A DNA stretch of 64,000 nt from positions 78,841 to 142,840 of the forward strand of contig CAZALK010000013.1 of NCBI GenBank assembly GCA_964486045.1, in the 5' to 3' direction. Position numbers and translations under genes: made by a program. Under the pieces are notes generated by a model. It did no database searches and was not told the DNA's origin. It was given only the letters and a program-made list of their open reading frames with translations. The stretch comes from an uncultured archaeon (GTDB lineage: Archaea; Asgardarchaeota; Lokiarchaeia; Sigyniarchaeales; SOKP01). Shown here in pieces: positions 50,854 through 59,469 of this stretch. Positions within the stretch are counted from its first letter, which is position 1, and each line of letters opens with the position of its first letter.

Positions 50854-52833
50854 ATGGCTAAAGAAGAAAGAATGAAGAGTATTCTTACTGAAAATCGAAT
50901 TTTTAATCCAATTGATCTTAATCCTGAATATGCTAAAACTGGAATGTCAATGGAAGAATATAAAAAACTTTACAATTATTCTATCGAAGATATGGAAGGA
51001 TTTTGGGGTGAACAAGCAAATTCTCTTGATTGGTACAAACCCTATGATAAAGTTTGGGAAAAAACAGATTTGTTCCCAGGAAAATGGTTTGTTGGAGGAA
51101 AACTCAATGTTGCCTATAACTGCCTAGATAGACATGTGAAAGCCGGGAAGGGTGATCATATTGCTATTATTTGGGAGGCGGACGAACCTGGTCAAGTTAG
51201 AAAATATACATATGATGAATTGTTAAAGGAAGTATCTAAAGTTGCTAATGGAATGAAAAAGCTCGGATTGCAAAAAGGAGACAGAGTTACTATTTGGTTA
51301 CCGATGATCCCTGAGCTCGCAATAATCATGTTAGCGTGCGCTAGAATAGGTGTTATACATTCAATTGTGTTCGGTGGGTTTTCAAAAGAAGCTGTGAAAG
51401 ATAGAATTGAAGATTCAGATTCTCGTCTTTTGTTTACAAGCGATGAAACTGTCAGAGCTGGTAAATTTTATCCTAAATTAGCTGATGTGGTTAAAATTAT
51501 AGATAAGGTTCCAACTATAGAACATGTTATTGTTGTAAAACGTTCTGGAAGAGAAGTCACTCATACTAATAAAGATATCTGGTATCGCGAGTTTATTGAA
51601 GGTATGAGTGAAGAAAGTGAACCTGAAGAAATGGACTCTGAAGATACTTTATTCATTTTATATACAAGTGGAACAACTGGGAAACCAAAAGGAGTAAAAC
51701 ACACTACTGCAGGATACATTTTATACACTTCATATAGTCACAGAACCGTTTTTAATATCCATGAAGGCGATATATGGTATTGTACTGCGGATATTGGATG
51801 GATTACTGGGCATTCCTATATAGTCTATGGACCTCTCGCAAATGGTGCTACAAGCCTAATGTTTGAAGGGGTTCCTACTTATCCTGATGTTGATCGTTTT
51901 TGGGATATAGTAGAACATCATAAAGTTACCCATTTTTACACAGCTCCTACGGCAATTAGAGCATTAATGAGATATGGGGATGAACCAGTAAAGAAACACG
52001 ATATAAGTTCGTTGAAGCTTTTAGGAACTGTTGGAGAACCTATAAATCCCGAAGCATGGACATGGTATCATAGAATAGTTGGAAAAAGTAAATGTCCTAT
52101 AGTTGACACATACTGGCAAACTGAAACTGGGGGAATTATAATGACACCTATAGCAACTGCGACACCGACAAAACCAGGATCTTGCTGTATGCCTTTTATG
52201 GGTATAAAACCAATAATTTTTGACCTTGAAGGAGAGGAAGTTACCGAACCAGATGAAGGAGGATATTTCGCGATGGGACAACCTTGGCCAGGTATGTTGA
52301 GGGATGTATGGAGAAATACTGAAAGATTTAAATCTACCTATCTTGAAAAATACCCGGGATATTATTACACAGATGATGGCGCCCGGCGAGATGAGGATGG
52401 ATATTATTGGATATTGGGCCGTTTAGACGATGTTATTAAAGTATCTGGTCATAGAATTGGAACTATGGAAGTTGAATCTGCTATTGTAAGTCATCCAAGC
52501 GTTGCAGAAGCTGCTGTTGCTCCCTTTCCCCATAAAATTAAAGGACAAGCAATTTATGCTTATGTAACTTTAATGCAAGGTGTTGAGAAATCAGCGAAGT
52601 TATCCAAAGAAATTAGAATGCATGTTAGACAAGAAATTGGTCCAGTATTTCAACCAGATGTCATACAATTTGCCGATGCTCTTCCAAAGACGAGAAGTGG
52701 TAAGATCATGCGAAGAATATTAAGAGCTATTGCCGCTGGCACTGATATCGGAAATGTAACAACACTAGCAGATCCATCAGTAGTAGATACCTTACTTGAA
52801 GAACGAAAGAAAATGGATATTGAAATAGGTTAA
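50854..52833 (+). CDS. acs: AMP-forming acetyl-CoA synthetase
   Basis: LNVAYNCLDRH, YTSGTTGKPKG, DTYWQTETG, SGHRIGT and [12 protein letters not shown] motifs. Confidence 0.97.
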   Translation: MAKEERMKSILTENRIFNPIDLNPEYAKTGMSMEEYKKLYNYSIEDMEGFWGEQANSLDWYKPYDKVWEKTDLFPGKWFVGGKLNVAYNCLDRHVKAGKGDHIAIIWEADEPGQVRKYTYDELLKEVSKVANGMKKLGLQKGDRVTIWLPMIPELAIIMLACARIGVIHSIVFGGFSKEAVKDRIEDSDSRLLFTSDETVRAGKFYPKLADVVKIIDKVPTIEHVIVVKRSGREVTHTNKDIWYREFIEGMSEESEPEEMDSEDTLFILYTSGTTGKPKGVKHTTAGYILYTSYSHRTVFNIHEGDIWYCTADIGWITGHSYIVYGPLANGATSLMFEGVPTYPDVDRFWDIVEHHKVTHFYTAPTAIRALMRYGDEPVKKHDISSLKLLGTVGEPINPEAWTWYHRIVGKSKCPIVDTYWQTETGGIIMTPIATATPTKPGSCCMPFMGIKPIIFDLEGEEVTEPDEGGYFAMGQPWPGMLRDVWRNTERFKSTYLEKYPGYYYTDDGARRDEDGYYWILGRLDDVIKVSGHRIGTMEVESAIVSHPSVAEAAVAPFPHKIKGQAIYAYVTLMQGVEKSAKLSKEIRMHVRQEIGPVFQPDVIQFADALPKTRSGKIMRRILRAIAAGTDIGNVTTLADPSVVDTLLEERKKMDIEIG

Positions 52834-52949
52834 ATTATCGTTCATTTTTTACTCTTTTTCCTTATTTTTGTATTTTTTAGAATTTGTTATAACATTCATT
52901 CAAATCTGATATGTCACAATCAATATAATTAATAAATGATTTTTGTTGA

Positions 52950-53678
52950 TTATCTTAACAATGACTGACAGACAGAGCAGGTTTCGTGAGTTCCATCATT
53001 AAGTTCCCCACACATAGGGCAAATTATCCTAATCCCTTTTTTCATTTTCATTTCAGCTTTTCTTTGAGTCTGAAATTTAGCTAGTTTTTCTACTGTGATT
53101 TTTTCCTCCTTTTCCTTAGCTTCTCTCTCTGCTCTCTCTTTTGCTTCTTGTCGCGCTCTTAGTTTTGCTTCCCTTTCAGCTCTCTCTTTAATTTCTCTAT
53201 CAGCTCTTTCCCTTGCTTCTCTTTCTCTCGCTTCTCTTTCTGCTTTTGCTTTTGCTTCTTGGTTTGCTTCTTCTATTGCTTCTTGTCTCGCTCTTTCTCT
53301 TGCTTCCCTCTCTTTTACTTCTCTTTCGGCTTTAGCTTTTGCCTCTTGTTTTGCTTTTTCTATTGCTTCTTGTTCCGCTCTTTGTCTTGCTTCACTTTCA
53401 GCCTTCTCTTTCAATTCTAGTTTTACTTTTTCTCGGGTTTCTTTTTCGATTTTTTCTATAGTTTTTCTTTCTTTTCTATCATCTAGTTTAGACTTTATAT
53501 TATCTTTAGTGGACCCTAACTTTAGTTTTATAGTATCTTTACTATCTCCTAGTTTTTCTTTAAAACCACCTAATTTACCCTTTATCTTCTTTGATAAATC
53601 GCTAATTTTGCTCTTTGTTGAATCATCAATTTCATCATCAATATAATCTTTATAGTTTTCCTCTTCACGATCATTCAT
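52950..53678 (-). CDS. Charged coiled-coil/single-alpha-helix repeat protein with C-terminal zinc ribbon
   Basis: E/R/K/A repeats (e.g. QEAIEKAKQEAKAKAERE, twice) and CPMC..CSVC. Confidence 0.8.
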   Translation of the reverse strand: MNDREEENYKDYIDDEIDDSTKSKISDLSKKIKGKLGGFKEKLGDSKDTIKLKLGSTKDNIKSKLDDRKERKTIEKIEKETREKVKLELKEKAESEARQRAEQEAIEKAKQEAKAKAEREVKEREARERARQEAIEEANQEAKAKAEREAREREARERADREIKERAEREAKLRARQEAKERAEREAKEKEEKITVEKLAKFQTQRKAEMKMKKGIRIICPMCGELNDGTHETCSVCQSLLR

Positions 53679-53889
53679 TTATAAAACCTCCTAAGTCATT
53701 ATGGAATCATTGTCTTTCGTAATTATTAGTTATAATATAATTAATATTAATTAATTTACATTTTTAAAATCATTTCATATTGCTTTGTATAGGACTTAAA
53801 TTGAAAGTATTTAGAACTATTATTTTAGAAGAGCATCCCCCCTCGAAGAACTACTCACTGAAAGTTTTATTTCTCCTCATCTTCTTGAA

Positions 53890-54126
53890 TCATACGAGTA
53901 GAAAATCTTTTGTAATACGATTCAAATACGAATGACTTTTTATAGATAAAAAAGAGAATTGATATGTAATACAATTGAAAGCAAGAGATAAATGAAAAAC
54001 AAAGATTTGTAGAGCAATCTGGATATATTCTTCTTTATTAATATAATAGCTTATAAGGAGATGCGAAGATGAAGCTATACGGGACATTAATCTCGCAAAA
54101 CTCTCTTTATCATCCACCTTGGAATA
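53890..54126 (-). pseudogene. Short remnant of a paralog of the 54352-58185 TPR-nitrilase gene
   Basis: [28 protein letters not shown] versus NESFARLLGRKASASHILMSYNINQEEY; TAATCTCGCAAAACTCTC and CCTTGGAATA are shared with about 57742-57780. Confidence 0.8.
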
Positions 54127-54319
54127 TCCAGTTTTTCAACCAGATGTTATACGATTTGCCGATGCTCTACCAAAGACGAGAAGTGGTAAGATCATGCGAA
54201 GAATATTAAGAGCTATTGCCGCTGGCACTGATATCGGAAATGTAACAACACTAGCAGATCCATCAGTAGTAGATACCTTACTTGAAGAACGAAAGAAAAT
54301 GGATGTAGAAATAGGTTAA
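54127..54319 (+). repeat. Duplicated acs 3' end (193 bp, direct repeat of 52641-52833)
   Basis: 187/193 identical by manual alignment, includes the stop codon, followed by a T-tract. Confidence 0.95.
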
Positions 54320-54351
54320 TTTTTTTTTATTTTTATACTTTTAATTTAAAT

Positions 54352-57300
54352 CTATCTTGTACTTTGTATAAATAGTGTCTCTTTCTCTTGTTCCTTTTCC
54401 CATTTTTTACGCTCTGAACGTAATTTGAAGAGATCTATATCTTTATATATCAAACCTTCCTCTTTTGCAGGTATCATTCGCTTAGACCTGTCTTTTTCTG
54501 GAGTATAAATAAGAGATTCTCCATATTCTCCAATATTCGCAAAAAATGAATAAGCATAAATGGATCTACGGGCATCAAAATGGGCAGCTTTAAAATCAGC
54601 TGTAACAGGTGTAAATGCGGGATTCAGAATTATATCAATAGGAGGCTCAAAATTTTTCAGTTCTACTCTGAGATCCATATCAAGGAAGTCCCGACAAATA
54701 ACGATTACGATTCTACCATATTCTGTATTGCAAATGATAGTTCTCCGAGGTAATCTGCTAACTTCTATTCCTTCTTTAATACGGTTTCCTTCTCCAGTAC
54801 TAATTACTGCGGGGATATGCTTCTCTTGTTCCCAGAGAATTCCTTCCGGTCCAAAAACCATACTAATATTTCGTTTTGTTTTTTGGTCATGAAAAGATCC
54901 AGGAACGATATACATGTTATATAATTTAGCCAAGTCTGATATTTCTTCAAAGAATACATTATAATTAAGGTCAATAGACATTTCAGGAAAGAGTAAAATA
55001 TTGATTTCCTCACTATTCGCTTTCTCAATCATGATTTTAACATTAGTTCTCAATTCCTTAACAATATTTTCTTTTAAACTAAGAAGACCTGATGAATCCA
55101 TCTTGAATAACTCTTTCATGATGTTTCCAGTCTCAGATATACCTATTTGAGCAATACCAACTCTGCATTCTTTTTTTTGAACTTTAGGATATGCTTTTAG
55201 CAAATCCGTATAGACCAATTCATACTTCTTCCTATCTATTTTCTCTATCGAAATCCGCCTTTCTTCAACATTAAACTGACGGGCTTCACTTAATCGTGGA
55301 GATTGGCTGCTTTCAATAGGACAAGAAGGAGCAACTATACCCATTGTACTACGGAAAATAGAAGGTTCTTTTATAGTACTTAAAGCTGAAAAAAGAATTG
55401 ACTCTTCTTTCTCTACCCTAATTAATCGATCTTGAACTTCCTTCTTCTTATTTTCATAACCTGCTTTGCCAAACAGTTCTAAAGCAGATTTTAAATATTG
55501 TCCTCCTATTCCTAAAAGTTTTCCTTTTTCCTGAAGATCTGATTCTTCATCGGCTTTGATTAAGTGCCATGCTGCATCAAAATAAATAGAAGTTGCTTGA
55601 GCCCAATCAGCCCCACTTTCAAAACCTCCCTTTTCATACGAAGTAGCTGCTTTACTAAGCGTTACTTTAACTTTTGGGTATAAATCTGTTTTATCTTTCA
55701 TTTCAATAGATTCATCAAATTTACAGCCATATTCAAGGGCTTGGCAAAAAGTTGAATTTCCAGTAGCTAATAACTTTAAATTTGTATCAGTGAAAAGATC
55801 ACTGGCTTTTGCAAACAACACTGCTGCTTCAGAAAACCTATAAGGGTCTTCATATTTTTCAGCAAGTTCCATATTTTCCCAAGCTCTACACAGATAATAA
55901 ACTGCTTCTAATTCCTCTCGTTCCCGTTTAATTTTAAATAAAATACATATATCTCTGAATTGAGAAGATGCAAGAGCGAATTTTTCTGCAGCTGCAATGT
56001 GCTCACCCTGTTTTCCTAAAATCCTTGCTTCTTCAAGGTTTACTCTAGCGATACAATGATTCACCCTTACTTGGGCTATTTTTTCAAATTTATTCATTCT
56101 CTCTTTCTCAAATTTTTCTCTTGAATGCGCATGTGATTTTTTCAATGCTTCAATTGCTTTTTCAAAGATTTTTGCTGTCTTTTTAAAACTTTCTATGGCT
56201 TCTTCGTGCTTTTCTTGTTTACTTAGTTGCTCTGCTTCTTCCAATGATATCCAACCAGAATAATAAGATGCTTCATAACGGTAACTTCGCAATTCTATTA
56301 AAATATCATAAGCTTTTTTATAAAATTCCTTAGCTTGAATATGATTTTCTCGTATATGAAACGATTTAGCTTCTTCAATAAAATTCCAAGCCTTTACATA
56401 TTTAAATTTCTCATTGATTCTATTTTTTAAAAGTTTATATTTTATCATTTGCTGTGACTTATTATAGGCTTCCTGAGCTTTCTTGTAATTTTCAGCAGAA
56501 AGCATAAAATTACCCAAGCGATCTTCTATACGAGCTATATATTGATAACTAGCAGCCTCATAAGAAAAATATCTTCTATCAACACTCTCTTTTATTGTGT
56601 GGAGAAATATTTCCCGCGCTTGATTTAAATCAGTAGTTTCTCTCGTTATAATTCCTAATTCCTCATATAATAACCCAAGTCTCATTTGTTCTGAAAGAGC
56701 GCCAGTACGAGATAATATAGCATAATTGATTGATTTTTTTTGGGCGTTTATTGCCTTTTTGAGGTTGGTAATTCTGTCTTCTTTCTTTTTTGTGATTTCT
56801 GCAAGAGTTTTATGAGCCTTATAAAGACTTGTATAACCACCAGCCTGAGGAAATCCTCCTTCATACTTTAAACCGAATTCTTCTGCCTGTTTTGCGTGTT
56901 GAAGCATAATCTGGGCATATTCTCCTTGTTCTGTTTTTGATTCCTCGAGAATAGTAAGTTGAGAATAAGCTAATATTAAACCTTGGTATAACCATGCTAT
57001 AATACTAGGGAAATTAGGTGCACTCATCGCTTCCTTTGCATATTGGATCCCTTTTTCAGCGTAGGTTTTGCGTTGTTCCGCAGTAAAAAAACCCCTTTGT
57101 GAAGAGTTTGTATAATAAAGTGCAGGTATTACTTTTGCCAGGGAAAAAAACATATTATAAGAATGTGCATAGATCTTCCCTAATTCCAAACAGTCTTTGA
57201 TGTCATTAAGAATTCTCTTCTGGAGATAACCGACTCTACCACTAAAAAGTGCAAAATAGTCTATGAAAAACATACACCATAGTATATTATTTTTACTCTT

Positions 57301-58185
57301 CGTTTTACGGGCAAAATTTAAAGCTTTCTCTAGTAATTCTATTCCCTTATCAAGATATTCCTCTTGTTCTCTTTCATCTTCGATGAATTGATACCCAAAC
57401 ATGCAATAACAAACCCCTGTTGCTGAGTAAACTAGATTAAGAGCATATGGATCATTTAAGTTTTCAATAACCGGAATACTATTATTACATTCTATCAAGA
57501 GCTTCTTGGTCCCTTCCTCCATATTTTCATCATTTTTAAAGTCTTGGACTGTTAATCCATTGAAACTAATCAAAAGTTGCATATTCAACGACTCAGACAA
57601 AATCTGAATATTTCTAATCTCTTTTGAAATCTCCCAAGCTTTTTTAGCAGATTCAATTCCATGTAGAACAACCCGGTTATATTCTTCTTGATTAATATTA
57701 TAAGACATGAGGATATGTGAAGCTGACGCTTTACGGCCCAATAATCTCGCAAAACTCTCATTAACGCCCTCCTTGGAATAAATTTCACTTGATTCACTAA
57801 AAAGTTTAATAGCCTGATAATATGCCTTCTGACCTTCTGCATCAGAAGTTGTGAGAAGTCCACTCGTAAAAAACATTTCTGCTTCGCACTCAAGCTCCAT
57901 AGATCTATTTCCAAGCTGTTGAAAGAGAATCATTGCCTCTTTATAGGCCTCAACAGCACATTTGATTTGGTTAATATATTCTTCAACTGTATCAACAGTA
58001 TCAGCAGCTCTACTGTGAGCATACCCAAGATTTTTATAATTTTCAGCAGCTCTCTCAACTAATTTTTTATCCAAATAAAGGCTGATAACTCGTTTATATA
58101 AATTAGCTGCTTCTATCCAATTATAAATTCTTTCTTCTTCCTGTGCCTTCTCTAATAATCTCTCTTCACTTTCTTCTAAAGTCAT
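54352..58185 (-). CDS. Large TPR-repeat protein with a C-terminal carbon-nitrogen hydrolase (nitrilase-fold) domain
   Basis: About 950 aa of TPR-like helices, then VGIAQ, LFPEM (E), QEKHIP (K), VICRDF (C) and FFAN. Confidence 0.85.
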   Translation of the reverse strand: MTLEESEERLLEKAQEEERIYNWIEAANLYKRVISLYLDKKLVERAAENYKNLGYAHSRAADTVDTVEEYINQIKCAVEAYKEAMILFQQLGNRSMELECEAEMFFTSGLLTTSDAEGQKAYYQAIKLFSESSEIYSKEGVNESFARLLGRKASASHILMSYNINQEEYNRVVLHGIESAKKAWEISKEIRNIQILSESLNMQLLISFNGLTVQDFKNDENMEEGTKKLLIECNNSIPVIENLNDPYALNLVYSATGVCYCMFGYQFIEDEREQEEYLDKGIELLEKALNFARKTKSKNNILWCMFFIDYFALFSGRVGYLQKRILNDIKDCLELGKIYAHSYNMFFSLAKVIPALYYTNSSQRGFFTAEQRKTYAEKGIQYAKEAMSAPNFPSIIAWLYQGLILAYSQLTILEESKTEQGEYAQIMLQHAKQAEEFGLKYEGGFPQAGGYTSLYKAHKTLAEITKKKEDRITNLKKAINAQKKSINYAILSRTGALSEQMRLGLLYEELGIITRETTDLNQAREIFLHTIKESVDRRYFSYEAASYQYIARIEDRLGNFMLSAENYKKAQEAYNKSQQMIKYKLLKNRINEKFKYVKAWNFIEEAKSFHIRENHIQAKEFYKKAYDILIELRSYRYEASYYSGWISLEEAEQLSKQEKHEEAIESFKKTAKIFEKAIEALKKSHAHSREKFEKERMNKFEKIAQVRVNHCIARVNLEEARILGKQGEHIAAAEKFALASSQFRDICILFKIKREREELEAVYYLCRAWENMELAEKYEDPYRFSEAAVLFAKASDLFTDTNLKLLATGNSTFCQALEYGCKFDESIEMKDKTDLYPKVKVTLSKAATSYEKGGFESGADWAQATSIYFDAAWHLIKADEESDLQEKGKLLGIGGQYLKSALELFGKAGYENKKKEVQDRLIRVEKEESILFSALSTIKEPSIFRSTMGIVAPSCPIESSQSPRLSEARQFNVEERRISIEKIDRKKYELVYTDLLKAYPKVQKKECRVGIAQIGISETGNIMKELFKMDSSGLLSLKENIVKELRTNVKIMIEKANSEEINILLFPEMSIDLNYNVFFEEISDLAKLYNMYIVPGSFHDQKTKRNISMVFGPEGILWEQEKHIPAVISTGEGNRIKEGIEVSRLPRRTIICNTEYGRIVIVICRDFLDMDLRVELKNFEPPIDIILNPAFTPVTADFKAAHFDARRSIYAYSFFANIGEYGESLIYTPEKDRSKRMIPAKEEGLIYKDIDLFKLRSERKKWEKEQEKETLFIQSTR

Positions 58186-58331
58186 TCAGAATCAATTATT
58201 GAGTAGATTTTGTTTAATTTCGACCTTAACTGTCTAATATTTATTACTTTGAATTATTAATAAACATTCAGTTCAATTTAAAATGTTTTACTTTTTACTG
58301 GAAAAAATAATTGGTAATTTAATAATGAATC

Positions 58332-58742
58332 TTGAATATTATTAAACAATATTATAAAGAGAATTGTTTGTTAAGAGAAGGTGATGATAAAATCTCAGAA
58401 GTATTTCCTAAACCAATAACAAGTCTTCCTGAAGCCGATATTCCATTAGAGGGTGTAAAAGCATATTTATCTCAAAGCGACAACCATCAGATTATATTTA
58501 TGGAGTTCGAAAAGGATGTTTCAGTTCCAGAACATTCTCATGAAGCTCAGTGGGGAATTATTCTTGAAGGGAAAATTGATTTAATTGTAGAGGGTAAACT
58601 TAACACTTATTCCAAAGGTGATAGATACTTTATTTCTAAAGGAGTAAAACATTCGGCTGTGATATATGCTGGTTATCGCGATCTCACATTTTTCAATCAA
58701 AAGGATAGATATATGCCTAAATCTCTAGAAAGTATTAAATAA
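58332..58742 (+). CDS. Cupin domain protein (start uncertain)
   Basis: VPEHSHEAQWG..EG and GD..ISKGVKHSA cupin motifs. Confidence 0.85.
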   Translation: MNIIKQYYKENCLLREGDDKISEVFPKPITSLPEADIPLEGVKAYLSQSDNHQIIFMEFEKDVSVPEHSHEAQWGIILEGKIDLIVEGKLNTYSKGDRYFISKGVKHSAVIYAGYRDLTFFNQKDRYMPKSLESIK

Positions 58743-58827
58743 TTAAAAGCAATACTTTTGCCAAAATATTCAATTTTATCCAAGTTTTGATGAAAAATCA
58801 TTTAATAAACTACAAGTAGTAAAGGAT

Positions 58828-59322
58828 ATGAAAGATTTTAAATTTTAAATTTCATTATTTTCAGGAGTTTTGGGGATTATTTCAATTTTTACTCCAGCAA
58901 CTTTTCATGTTAATCCAAATTATGTTTACCATTTTTGGTTATGGGGATTAGCAGTATTTTTTGGTTTAAATTCAAGTGAAATAGGCTCTTATTATGTAAC
59001 AGAAGCAGGAATTTTAATTCCAGGGTGGATTTCTATAATTTTAATCCTAATAGGGTCTGTTTTAATCCTGTATGTTACTTTAAAAGGTAAAAAAACGGAA
59101 CAATTAAAATTAAAATTTTGTGTCATTGGAGGTATTATGATGATTACATCTCCTCTCTTTTTCATTATATCCAATCAAATTATCTCCATTTTTGTAATAG
59201 CTCATCCAACATTTGGGAGTGGAGACTCCTTTTGGCCAAATATTACGATTTTTTTCCAATTTATTGCAGGAACAATTGTTTTAATTTCCACTATTTTATC
59301 AAGTAAAACAAGAAAGATTTAA
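58828..59322 (+). CDS. Membrane protein, possibly disrupted (in-frame TAA at 58846 after ATG 58828)
   Basis: Hydrophobic ORF 58870-59322; the in-frame ATG at 58828 follows AAGGA but is cut off by a stop at codon 7. Confidence 0.55.
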
Positions 59323-59469
59323 GTTCATTGAACTTATGAGATACCTTTTTTTTAATTAAGTTATGTTTTACAAAGTGTAGAAAAACTTTGAATTATTATA
59401 ACACTAAACTAATGCTTTGTTAAGAAAAGATTCGGAATTATCAAGGCTAACGCATTTTCATTTATTATT

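Noticed and set aside
53095-53646. 183-aa Ser/Leu/Ala-rich plus-strand ORF
   Set aside because: Antisense shadow of the E/R/K repeat gene. The same applies to the other short antisense or nested ORFs within uvrA, infB, the ABC genes, 36082-36582 and 46008-46439.
54119-54319. 66-aa ORF as an independent small Acs-like protein
   Set aside because: Its start lies across the junction with the TPR remnant; it is the duplicated acs tail
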